A stretch of 63,609 bases of DNA, the filler included, from Choristocarpus tenellus KU-1152 (taxonomy: Eukaryota > Protista > Phaeophyceae), in NCBI GenBank assembly GCA_964200185.2. It is 8 parts of 8 records of this genome, joined end to end, with 100 filler letters (N's around TTAATTAATTAA, not from the genome) between each part and the next. Parts side by side here need not be neighbours in the genome. Positions count along the whole stretch, not along the records: positions 46,347 to 60,099 come from CAXNAD020001380.1; positions 60,200 to 63,609 come from CAXNAD020020230.1; 6 more parts are not named here. The stretch is one strand, 5' to 3'. Position 1 is the first letter of the stretch; each line of letters opens with the position of its first letter. This document shows, piece after piece, positions 51,901 through 63,609 of this stretch. The notes under the pieces are model-generated. The model saw only the letters and a list, made by a program, of their open reading frames with translations. It made no database searches and was not told the DNA's origin. Made by a program: the position numbers and the translations under genes.

Positions 51901-54900
51901 AAGACTCCTCCAAGTCTCCTCGATCAGAGTTGACCTCTCCACCTGACTGCGTATACATGGCAAAGTTGAAAGCAACTTCATAGCATCACCCAACCCACTA
52001 GGGCTCGCCATGATCAGAACTGGCAAAGCCATGCCCCCATCATTCTGGTGTTGCTGCCCACATGCCACGTAACCGGTCTTGCAGGGAACAAAAATATTGC
52101 TCATGGGGAGATTCAAACAGAGGGATTCATGTTCTAGGACTGTAGAGTTCATCTTCAAATCTACAAAATTCAGACGATAACGTTTTGACCCTGTGCATTT
52201 TACCTCCTAGTAACTATACCCCTGTCATGCCAAAAGTATTTTGCACCAGCAGAGCTTAATTTCTTTGTGCATGGCTGCCTTATTTCCAGACCTTACTTGA
52301 GACCCCAGTCAGTTCTGCAGGTTGTCTCATCCTGCGATGCACTAGATATCAATATGCAGAGTCCATGCGCAGGATCATGGCATTTATTTTATGTACTCGG
52401 AGCAGCTTTTGGCTCAAAGTATCTGGGGGGAGGGGGGGGGGTGGCGACTGTCCATTTGGGGGCAATTTTTTTATGTCGCGATTTTTGGGGTGATTTGGTT
52501 ACATGCGTCTGATAATGTAAGTGCACTTTTCCTGGTTATGACCCAAATGGACACCCTGGTGTAGACCCCTCCTCCTCCCTCCCCAGATACTTTGGGTCTT
52601 TATGGGTAGGGAGTTGTGGTACAACAAGCAACACTCTTTAGACCACCAGGATGCAGAATAACCCTTACCCTGACCTCTTTTTGACATCATTCCATACCTT
52701 AGCCTTACCGCTGCCTTAGATTTCTTTCCTCTCACCCTGTATGTGCATTCACTTCAACTTGCCCAACTCCTACATCGCCAGATTCCTCAGGAGGTTAGAG
52801 CTCAAGTGATTGCTCGGCGACTCAAATACCCTGGAGGTGGAGGGGACACTGCATCCTTGTCATCCACGTCCTGGCAAGCTCTCAAGGTCTTACTTCTAGG
52901 CCCTCCTGGAGCTGGCAAGACTAGGCTGGCCATGGCATTGGCAGATCGATATGGGGTTGTGTTGGTATCGGTGGAGGCTGAAGCAAAGTTGGCAATGGAG
53001 AAGGGGGATGAAACAGGCAAGCCGGAGGGCAAGGGAAAGGAGTTGTAGAAGTGTGAGATAGTGCATTGCAGTGAAGAAGAAGGACACTGCACAGTTAGTA
53101 CTCCTAAAGCCCCCTGCACGAGGATTGTTTGTTGACCATTGTTCTACACGCAACATTAACTCTGAATGTCTGTTTGGATTCTTTCTCCTTGGCCTCAGAG
53201 GTCTGCTCCCTTTTAGTTTTGAAGAGCACAAGCTCTCAAAAATGGACACCACTCCTCAGCCTTGTAGGTAACACATGTCTCTTATAGTTGGTTCAAAGCC
53301 AACCGCATAGCAGCTGAATGGCATGTTAAGTGTTTTACAGCACTCACTGGTGAATTATCAGATCCTCTATCAGGGCACACTTAGATACTTTCCTGCTCCA
53401 AATATTTTGTTTGTGTGTATACGTATGTATATTTACCTCCAAAATAAGTACATTAACGCTGTGTTTTTTGTTTTTTATGTGAAAGTCATGCACCAATGGA
53501 CTGCTCATCCCTGCACAAAGAGAGTGTTGCTGACAACCAGATAGAGTATACATTACCATGTGTAGTATGTTCAACTGTTTGAAGCAGTGATACCGATCAG
53601 AGAGAAGAAGACTTCACAATGTGCCACACATGTTAGGAGATCTAGTCAAGGAAGTTCCATCGCTCATCAATTTAGCATCTAATCTCCTCTATCTTTGCAA
53701 CTTGTCCCCTAAGAGATAAATCCGTGGAAAAAACGCTACTGAAAGCTACTCCTCTGTCATCTTGCTCCTAGTGAACCCTGCATGTCAAATGTTGAGATAC
53801 CATGTGTTCCACCAGGGAAGACATTCGCATGACTCTCTACCCTGGAGGAACAGCGGCATATCAATGTTTGACACTGCAGACTACCCACCTCATTAGATAC
53901 TATGTCCCACCCCACCCTTCAATACCATCTCTCCCAACAGGGAAGCAGGCCCTGAATTTGCTGTCAGTAGGGGAGGAACTGCCAGATGATATGGCTTTGG
54001 ATCTGGTAAGTAAGACCCTGGCAAGCAATAAGTGCCAAGAAAAAGGGTGGGTATTGGAGGGGATTGGCACAGCAGCACACCTCAATGAGCTGGAAGAAAC
54101 CATCATCATGGCTAGTGAGGTCAGACACGGGGTCAGGCAGTGATGACTAGGGTGGATTAGGGTGTATCCTTGGCAGAAACCTGCAGTGGTCAGGTAGTCA
54201 AAGGGGCATATATTGTGGAATGTCATACTGTTTTAGGTCGGTCAGTAAGAAATCGGATTGAGCCCATTGCTAAAGTAGTGAGGACTCTATTCTTGTACTG
54301 TTTCATGTGAATTTCTCTGACCACATACGTTGTGGGGTGTGTAAAGATCTTTGGGGTTTTTAAGAGTCACATGCGCACTTGAAATGATCCTAAGGGATGC
54401 CTCACACGGCCTGTCTCCTTTGATGAACATGTGTGCCCTTGTTGTTGAGCAAAACCTGAACACCAATGGCGGTGCAAAGAATACACTCATTGATGCACTG
54501 GTACATGCTTGTGCGATTTCCCCATTGTAAAGAGTAGGATAGTGGATAGAGATGAGGTGGTGAAGAGGAGGGATGAAAGTTATACCTACCAGGTGGAATG
54601 TGTATCAGTAATTGGTTGTATTGTTGGAGGCTCCGCATAAACAATGTGCTCCGGAGTAGCTGTGAACTACTCCCAGTACTCTGCAGGGCTAGTATGTGAA
54701 CTACTAGGTCGGACAAGTACACCACCAAGGGAAGAGTATTGGCGTGCCTGGAACATAAATTTGCTTCCTTTACTTGTTCAGAGGATAGTGCCGCCATGAC
54801 AGAAATGAGACTGATGCGTTAGTTTTGTGTGCCTCCAAGAAAAAGGAAACTATAGTATGATATAAAATACTTCAACAAAGTAAATATAAGTGATCATGAT

Positions 54901-57900
54901 GTGTGAGTGATGAGTAATGCCAATGAATGTACTTCATTCTTGCAATGTAGTAGATTGTGTGCGCAAGATCAAGGTAGAAAACAAAGCACCAAACATCACT
55001 ACAGGATCAACATGGTACACAACAGTTTCATCTCCACTGAAAAGTGATTATCCTATGTACAACAGTTCAACGGAGAAAAAAATGAACTTGTAATACTCAC
55101 AAACTCCATACAATTCCCCAAAATATGAACAAGAGAATGAATGAAGGCCTGGGGTTGTGGTTGTCGATTGTGTACGTTTGATCATCTTGTTATTGAACAG
55201 GTAGGTATGGAGGATAAGGTGGCAACTCAGCCAGATGTGGTGCTGGTACTCAACCTGCAGGACACAGAAGAAGCAGTACATAGGGTTCAGGAGAGGATTG
55301 CTAGCACTATTTCAGCAGCAAATGGAGGTATGGGAAAATACACTTGGACTTTATACCTTGGAGAGAGTTCAAGGTCATACAAGAAACCAGCTAGTTCGAG
55401 TATCTCAGCCAAGTCGTGCAGTGCTTCTTGATGGACTTAGAAAATTCCTTTATTGTACACCAATACTGCCTTGAGTGAAGTCCCGTACTTCACACTCTAT
55501 TGTGTCACAAGAAGAACCCTCACCTACATACCAAGAAGTCTAAACTGATCGGTGCGAACAATCGTCACAATATAGAGTGAAAGTATCTTAGAGGGTACGA
55601 ATTTGCCCTGTTTGTCCATGTGAGGCTTGACTTCCCACGTGTTATTATTGACATTTTACCTACTCCCAAATGTTTCGGTGTAGGTAAAATGTATACGTTA
55701 TGAAAAGGAATGTCCAGACAAGGATATTGACATCTCCTAACAAACATGATAGTCAAAATTACATCAAAATTGCAACACTGGATATTGGTCCCCGAGTGGA
55801 CGCGGCTGTACCCTCTAAGATACTTTGGCTCTTTAACCTCAACTGACCTTGAGGAGGAGGTCTAGCATCTACTTTGCTTCGGACAGAAGAGGCATTATCA
55901 CTAACCCTCTTCCCATACCACGATGTTGTACTCATCCAACAACTCTGTGCAGCTGTCAACACAAAATCAGGTAGTCATCACCTCCCCAATCTCTTCCTTT
56001 CCCCTCTCCCCAGGGTCATTTCCCCCCATCTTGTCTTGTCCTTTGCCTCAACACCCTCCCTATATTCGTCTCCACCATTTACAACCCCCCTGCCTGGCCT
56101 ATCTCCTCTCAATAATTTACCCAATTTACGCTGGTTCTGAGCTGCTCTCTTCTTCCTCTGAGAAAAAAATTAATGTATGTGATTATTGTATACAAGTGGT
56201 GACAAGCTTGAGTAGGTAGTTCATCCTGACGGTTGAGAGTGATATACAGGTTATCTTCTTGGCACAAGATTTGCTTTTTGTACCATACACCCCAAACCTA
56301 ATCTTAGCGCTGCTCTTACAAACCAAGGCAGACCAAGACAGACCACCTTTCAATCGGTTCACAATCTTTGCCTGGTTGGATAATGATTGTGATATAAGTG
56401 AATTGCAAGAGATTGAAACACTGGCTTGCAATGCAGAACAGCCAAAAAACTGGGTACCTCTTGCTTGCTTTGACTCGATGGAGGTGTTATAACTGCTAAG
56501 TTCGACTTGAGCGGGTTGGTTTCTCTGCTGTTCGAAAAATTTCGACACAATTCGGAAAATGTCCCACATGCATTTGTAAAAAAAAACTAGATTTTTGCAC
56601 ATGATTGCTAGCATCCTGAATGACTCTTCAATCAGACCATCCACTTCCTCTTTTGCTATCACCCCCAACACCACCACCACAACTTCCATCAACATGACAT
56701 TCACAGGGGATGAGGATGAGAAGGTTGACTTGGGTCCAAGGACAGTGACAAAGGAGGCTATTGCTACTCGCATGATGGTTTACAAAAAGTATGAGGATGC
56801 TATTGTCAGAACCTTTGTCGTTTCAGGCAGAGATGAGGGCAAGGAGGGAGAAGGAGAGGATATGAAGATTAGCCTTGACAATGATGTGGGTGAAGCAGGT
56901 GAGATAAGGAGAGAGGGGGGGAATGAGAGACAGAGCAGAGTAGATTGGGGATGCAAGTTCCGGTACGCCAAAGTGTCATTTTCGATTTAGAAACTACTGA
57001 TGATACACTGAACCTAAATTGTACTCCTTTACAAAGTACATCAGAGTGTTAGAGTTTGTCTCAAAACTTTGATGAGTCTGAGAAAATCATGCTCCAGGTT
57101 TTGTACGTCAATGAGTGGGATTTTGTTTATGAATTGATATTTGGGGCACTGCGTTTCGAGGTCTCCAGCACTGATAGACCTCTCCAGAGAGATGCTTGTA
57201 GACATTGAAACTGCAAATGCTTCTGTGGTTGTCACTCCTAGTAGGAAGGGACTTGTAGTATCCGAAGGCTTTTGGTATTCTATTTTTTGTTGTGTCACTA
57301 GGTGTCACACGGACAGCAACTCTTAAAGGAGATTTGCAGTGATGGATGGGGGGGGAAATGGGTGCTGAATAAATGTTGGCTATTTACTTGTTTTGAAATT
57401 TCTCTAAACAAAGGAAATGTCCGAAGAACTGTATTGCAAAGACAGTAGCCCAGCTATGAGAACACAGAGTGGGTAAGCCCTATGAAAGTAAACAATTTTA
57501 TAACAGGGCCTTCCTGAAGGGCCATGAAGTGGAGCAGGCATGTATACATCATAATTTTTTGTTTCCTTGCTGACGGCAATGATTGGATGTCCTTGGGATG
57601 GAGCTGAAATGGTGACAGTGTATTTCGCACTCATTGGACATCTTCTCTTTCAATTCCTCCCCAGTGACAGATAGTGTGTCTCTTATACTCTATGCACTCC
57701 GTACATTTCAACCCGTCTCATGAAAACAGCTGGATAGTGGGAAAGCAGCAATGGATTGGTGTCATGCACAAACTGTATCACTGCCTTAGTTTGTCCTCTC
57801 AAGAGTGCTCCTATCCAGTGCAGCAATTCATCTGCATACCCACTGAGTTGATCCACCCTAAGGAAACACCCCTTCATTGCAGTTGTAGGAGATAGGCCAC

Positions 57901-59395
57901 AGTGACCTTCCATCACCCACCCCGGAATATTATTGGATGTGTATCTACCAGATTGCCCCAACATTTCATACATATGTCACCCTCAATCGTCCCATTTCAC
58001 CAGGCAATGTTATTAAAAAATAATCATGATTTTGCTTGTGCCTATATCTTAGATCCTCCAGACTCTACACCCACCCACACAAATGTTTTGTCTCATCGTG
58101 TTGTTCTCAGACAACACTACAAATGGAAGGGAGGACCAGGGTAGCGTTCCCATGGACAACCTGGTTGATTACATTCTGGAGAATGGTGGGAGTGCTGGGA
58201 AGGTAACAGTCATTGATGCCTCCCAGAAGATTGAAACGTGAGTGTGGATATCATAGAAACCAACAAATTGTTTTGTGATGAATGAGTGTGTATTTTGTCG
58301 CCATATTCAACACAAAACACTCATTCACCACAAAACTATTAGTGTGATACCTCTCGGTAAACACTTTATTTGGTGAGGGGCGAAATATGCAGCACAGACT
58401 ACCATACATTTAGGCTTGAATTCATAGCACTAGACTACATTCACACTACGTGTAGTCCCCTGGATTGTGGAGCAGATTTCCCGTTCCTTCAAATCCCCTA
58501 CAGACTGCCCACCACAGGGACATTTCGTTAAGTATTGTAACAGAGATTATTTTTTTCTTTCTCTGCTCAGTGTTATGGAAGAAGTGTTTACAATCTTGGA
58601 CTCCAGAGTTAATCCTGCAGACACAGCCGGTATGAGTGGCTCTGCCAGTGTGGAAGAAGCAGAAGGTTTAGTGTGGGAGGGTGTGGACCTATCGCAGCTT
58701 CCCAGCAATGCATTTGCAGTGACCCTCTTCTGCCTGGAGTCCCACTATGAGTCTCGTGCAGTGGACTTCCTTCCTCATGCCTTCCAGCTATACCCTGGGA
58801 GGGACTACTGTGTGCTGACAGTACCATCTACTGGAGTAGAGAGCACCCTTCTCCGACACTTCACCCCTGTGCCAGCTAGGGCTGGGTCTGCGTTCAGTCA
58901 TGTTTTCTATATCATGCATAGGTAGGTATCATGTAAGCACACAACACTGTTAACCCATGTAGGATCTCCCCCCATGCTCAAACCCACGATTTCTCACACC
59001 GCATTTGGCTAGGGTGGCGATGGATGAGGGAATTTGCGTTCAGGACCAGGCTTGTTTAGGCCTATTTTTTTGCTTGTTTAGGAAGGGTTGTGATGGTCAC
59101 CACTACAACAGCATGCCTTCCCATACAGTAAGCGGACTCTCCATTTCATTTTTTCTCCTAGCTCCTATAGTTAGTTTGGATGCGATCAGAATTACTGCCG
59201 CACCCTCTTTACCCTTTGCTCCCTTTTACCAATTCCCCCCCTCCAAGGGATTCCTTGCCAGCCTATAAGTACCTGCACATTTCCCGATTTGTTGGGTCCC
59301 GTCACCGGATGGGGGTAACAAGACTGGTGGAGGACTGGGGGGGTGCTGACCAAATCCTGGCAACTGTTAAAGCTGCTGACCAGTATCAGGACCAG
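48974..59395 (+). CDS. CFAP61: Cilia- and flagella-associated protein 61-like, 5' part, with an internal adenylate-kinase-like domain
   Basis: Exons 48974-49066, 49200-49712, 50166-50297, 51224-51340, 52782-53016, 53941-54119, 55201-55327, 56707-56898, 58111-58237, 58571-58921 and 59248-59395 are all phase-compatible. CFAP61 motifs RTACIEDHDDLLPIF, YGEFFLA and NAFAVTLFC..YESRAVDFL..AF.LYP.RDYC. Confidence 0.88.
50707..50974. mobile_element. MITE, third AGTATC-core variant, in CFAP61 intron
   Basis: Termini GGCCAACAGTATCCTAGAGAGGGGGG / CCCCCCTCCAGGATACTATAGGCC. Confidence 0.65.
51384..51640. mobile_element. MITE, TAGAGGGTA-TIR subfamily, TCA target-site duplication
   Basis: TCA-GAGTGAGAGTATCTTAGAGGG...CAGATACTTTGACTC-TCA. 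Confidence 0.88.
52411..52598. mobile_element. Full-length MITE, G-rich TIR subfamily
   Basis: TTT-GGCTCAAAGTATCTGGGG...CCCCAGATACTTTGGGTC-TTT. Confidence 0.88.
55575..55831. mobile_element. MITE, TAGAGGGTA-TIR subfamily
   Basis: TIR AAAGTATCTTAGAGGGTAC / GTACCCTCTAAGATACTTT. Body homologous to the other three copies. Confidence 0.88.
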
Positions 59396-60219
59396 GTGAG
59401 AAATCAAAATATGGGCAAGTGGGAAGAGGGTCGTGTACGGGTGGGGGACTGTAACGGTTTATGGGTAAGGTATGTGGATAGGGAGTGGGAGGCGATTGGA
59501 AGGGTCTGATGACAGGTGCGGACAGCTAGGGAGGAGTAGGGTGGGAAGAGTTGTGGAGCATTAGAAGGCATGTATGGAGTGTGAAGGTGTGGAAACGGTT
59601 TGGTACACAATAAAGTGAGGTGTTGTACTACATGTTTGATTGGTGTTTTAGGTGATAATTCAATACCGCAAGAGGGTCGTGCCAAGATCTATGGAACTAC
59701 AATTATTTGAAATGTGATGGATCATGCAGAGTGTAGTACCCTCCTGGCTCAATGTGGCAGCGAGACTTTACCATTAATGAAAAAGTGACCTTTTGTCCAT
59801 GCTTCGTATCCTTCAATATTATTGTTATCATTGCCACTCGATCCTGTCAAGACTCAAGGAATGAAGACAATGATTGTGTAGCCTCAAGTAATCAGTGGTC
59901 TGGGGGCTAGCTGGTCATACCTTTCAGTAGTGGTACATGTAGTTGAGGACTGGACTTCTTCCTCAGGTCAGTGACACTCAACATTTAACATTAGCAGTTG
60001 AATGAGGAAGCGCCCGAACTATCTTGTCTTTTTCTTATGTGTTGAGGTATTGTATCTCATTTCCTGCCTCGACAAGGGACTCAAAGTATCTGGGGGGGGN
60101 NNNNNNNNNNNNNNNNNNNNNNNNNNNNNNNNNNNNNNNNNNNTTAATTAATTAANNNNNNNNNNNNNNNNNNNNNNNNNNNNNNNNNNNNNNNNNNNNC
60201 CCCCTCCCAGATACTTGGG

Positions 60220-61627
60220 TCTGCTCCACACTGAAGTCATTCCCCCCTTTGTATCTAAGTGCTTGCCACAAAAAGGACCTGCCAAGCCCTCTCAAGTGTG
60301 GTTTCATCATGCTCCTCTTACTGTTTCTTAATAACCTTCACCATCTCCTCGACGGACCCAAACTGCTCCCCCATCACCCAGCATTTCAAAGACCTGAAGA
60401 AGCACAGGTTCATGATATTGAGGTTAGAGATGGCTGCGTCACAACCCTAATCGACCACACCTCAGTCTTCCCTGCCCCTGACGAGATTTCGGAGTTGCCC
60501 TTGCCTGTGTGGCGGGTGGCACCGTCTTGCTGAACGACAACGTGCTTCCCCTGCAACCAAGGCATCTTGATCTTGATTACAGGCAGTAACTCCTCCGTGT
60601 AACACTTCCTGTACCACAAATGGTCTAAAGTACAGTCGTGCTCATACACATCCCCCTTTGTATGGTTCTTGCTTGTCCTGTCTGCCGCTTTTGGCGCACA
60701 CATACGCCAAACACCAAGCTTTCCATCCAAGCTGTGAGTCAAATCTGGGCGGGTGTTGGCTGCAATGATCATGGTTTTGGGGATATGACTCTTGTGCTGC
60801 ACAGTAGGGGACCCTGGAAGGTCGCTATCATCCTCATGCGGAAATAACCTAACCCTCTCCCCATCAGCCATCACATAAAACCAGGTTTCATCCACATGGA
60901 TCGTGTTCGCCATGGAGGCATACACACCACGTTTCCGGTCCACTTGATCACAAATAAAGTCCATTTTCCATACCGTTTGCTACGATTAAAGCTTGGGTTT
61001 CATCCAGCGGCGATTCGGTATGGCTCCCATATCATCCAACCACCTCTTTATGGTGCTCGTGCTATAATTCAGCCCCTTGGCGACCATCTTCATTGTCACC
61101 TGACGCACTGTGGATGACCGATTATTGGAGTTGATAGTATGTATTGCGGCCATCTTGGTGTGAGCTCCGAAGGCCACCCACTACGTGCCACCACCCCTAG
61201 GTCAATTGTGGGCATAGGCGAGCTGATCGGCGATGTCCTCCCAGAGCCCTTGCATGTTTCGCTCAGACACTCCAAACTCTGCTGCGAGGGCTGGCCCAAC
61301 ATGTCGTGGCAGTTTATGCTCACCAGGGACCATGGTGAGGGCGTGCCGCACTGCAAGCGTAACCATGGTATTCAGGGAGACTTGAGCACCCTTCCTGCGC
61401 GGGAGGGTCGACGGGGGGGTTGCCATGCCAACGTTCTGACCCTCAACGTGCCCAGTTCTGGCCTCAAAATCACATCAGAAGACCCCTACTTTGACGCCTT
61501 GAAGCACCTCGAGTTTATACCTGATGATCCTCGACCCCCACCTTTTCTGAAAGCTGAGATTGTCAACCCGATTTCATTCTGTGGGGTTATCGTCCGATTC
61601 GGCGCCGTTCTCGCTTGTCGAGCCCAG
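60220..61627 (-). mobile_element. Second mariner-like transposon copy, pseudogenised
   Basis: IHVDETWFY, VQHKSHIPK, VVQQDGATRH and a frameshifted PDLN region. The 5' terminus CTGGGCTCG is preceded by TA. Homologous along its length to 41920-43456. Confidence 0.9.
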
Positions 61628-63062
61628 TATTAGCTATTTTTTGGTTCTATCTATTTGTACAAATCGAAGTTTGTGTTAGCCAAGTTGGAGTATCATCCTG
61701 TGTCATATCAGATATTCTGTCTCAGCTATTTATCAGATGCTTTTAGACCATCGTCTATGGCAATTGTTTTAAGTGTGATAGCTATCTTCCGACTAAGGTA
61801 TACTTTTCAAGGTCACCTTAAATGTATACCTTAGTTGGAAGATGGCGTTCAGATAATCTCCCTATACATTACGCATTCATAGTATTAAAATATTTAAGGT
61901 ATTGCCCAGAAGAAGCGTAAAATGCCTCGGACCAGACACAATCGGCCTTGTTTCAGTTTATCACTTTGAAGCAACAATTTGCTTGTTGCTTCCAATCTGA
62001 GTTGAATTCCATGCCATGTTGCCTAGATCCTCAATTAATTGTTATCTTTCTGTAAAAAATTTATTTCCTTCTTCTTTCAGGAGTTCGTCATGTTTGTTGG
62101 AAGGCACATGCGCTCCAGTGATGCAACCCTCTGTCCCCAATTTAGTATTTGTTGTTTATTGCTACTATCAATTATCTATCAACAGAAAAAAATGATCCCA
62201 CAGCCTCATCTGGATCAGGAAGGGGAAGTACTCACATGGTGATGCCAAGAAATCTCGGAAACGGTCCGCGAATAAAAACCAAATGCTGGAAAACAGATTC
62301 ACCCAGACGCTCCACACAGCAGCCAACCCCTAGCTCCCTAAAAAATCAAGAGCTGAGTATTGTATACGTGCTAGCATGATCTACTAGCACTACAGCACGT
62401 CCATGGTGAGAGCACCAGCTCTCTCTCTTTCTCTCTCTCTCCCTCATGCACCCCTCTAACGAAGCTAACTCTCAACATCTACATCTTTCTTCTGCGTCAC
62501 CATCCTCACATCCCACTACACCCCCACAAACAAGTCAGGGTTCATGAAGTAGCCATGGTTCCTGTAAGACCTACTAAGCGGGTTGATAAAGGGGGGGTAC
62601 TCTTCAAATACTGGGCGAAAGAAGAGTATCAGACCGTCGTCATTCACACCATCTCTCGGTAGAACCTCTTCAGTTACCATGACTTATTCATTATGAGGAA
62701 GATGCAAAATAAATAGGAAAGGGAAGGGGAAGAGGAGGGGGGGGCAGGACAAAATGAGCTGATACCCTTTACGATGAAACAAACTAACGGTTCGATGACT
62801 GAAACTAGATTGTGTATAAAATCACACACAAAATTTACCACACCTAGGACAGATGCAAGTTTATTAATAGTGGTGGATTTGCGTACTTCAGTAATGGCAT
62901 GGGCCCGATCTTCACTGAAACGAATTCCTGCATACCTAATTTGTTCTCAATGGTGTACTGTGCCTTGATTGTTCACTGCAAGAAGTTCCACATTCAGGAA
63001 TCTCACTGGTCCTTACTCAAAGTCCATCCTACAACTGTTGCTTCATTTCATTCCCTGTGACT

Positions 63063-63321
63063 GAGCGATAGTATCTTAGGGTTAGGGTACGAGTTTTGCC
63101 CTGTTTGTCCGTTTGGGGCTTGGCTTCCCACGTTTTTTTTAATGACATTTTTCCTACTCCAAAACGTTTCGGAGTAGGAAAAATGTTTACGTTTTGGAGT
63201 ATCAGAAGAAGGATATCGGCACTTCCTAGCAATCACAATAAGCTCAAATTACATCAAAATCAAAACATTGGATTTTGGTCCCCAAACGGACGCGGCTCTA
63301 CCCTCTAAGATACTTCGACTC
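63063..63321. mobile_element. MITE, TAGAGGGTA-TIR subfamily
   Basis: AGTATCTTAGGG...TACCCTCTAAGATACTTCGACTC. Homologous to 55575-55831. Confidence 0.85.
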
Positions 63322-63609
63322 TTAGCTCTGTTTTTCTGTTTCTTCGTTTATCAATAGAGCCCAGTCTGGAAGAAGGACGGCGGATGCCCAGGATACCCAA
63401 CACCCCAACTTGCCCCAGTACATACGCCTCTATTTTATAGGGGCATCAAGTAACACATGCCTCATTTTCACACCAATTTTCTTCATCTGAACGCACCTTC
63501 CTTTTCCATTCATTCCCTAACCCTAAACCAAGTCTGAAGGAACATCATTCGCAAAATGGGCATCAGACTGGGGTATCTGACCCAAAGTATCTGGGGGGGG
63601 GGGGGGGGG

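Noticed and set aside
56183-56773. 196-aa minus-strand ORF or hAT dimerisation remnant in a CFAP61 intron
   Set aside because: Partly antisense to a CFAP61 exon, and the resemblance to hAT motifs is too weak.

Overview
Eukaryotic, intron-rich nuclear DNA, most consistent with a flagellate-stage stramenopile such as a brown alga or relative. This is an inference from intron style, CFAP61 and a presequence-bearing enolase. The window is eight separate contigs joined by artificial 100-bp N/TTAATTAATTAA/N spacers, so adjacency across spacers is not evidence. By reading splice sites and frames by hand I reconstructed ten spliced genes, several cut off by contig ends: a GDS/TBL-like esterase, PEX19, GPN1, a TVP18/Flower-family membrane protein that the ORF track misses, UTP23, a 2OG-Fe(II) oxygenase, TMEM184, OGFOD3, enolase and CFAP61. 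Mobile DNA includes decayed Copia, Gypsy, IS630/Tc1-like and mariner elements, plus a family of short AGTATC-core MITEs. The most notable observations are a tandemly duplicated last exon in the TVP18/Flower gene that could give two C-terminal isoforms, an adenylate-kinase-like domain spliced in frame inside CFAP61, frequent GC donors and AAG/GAG acceptors, and apparent loss of the UTP23 zinc ligands. All family assignments come from motif recognition; no database searches were run.
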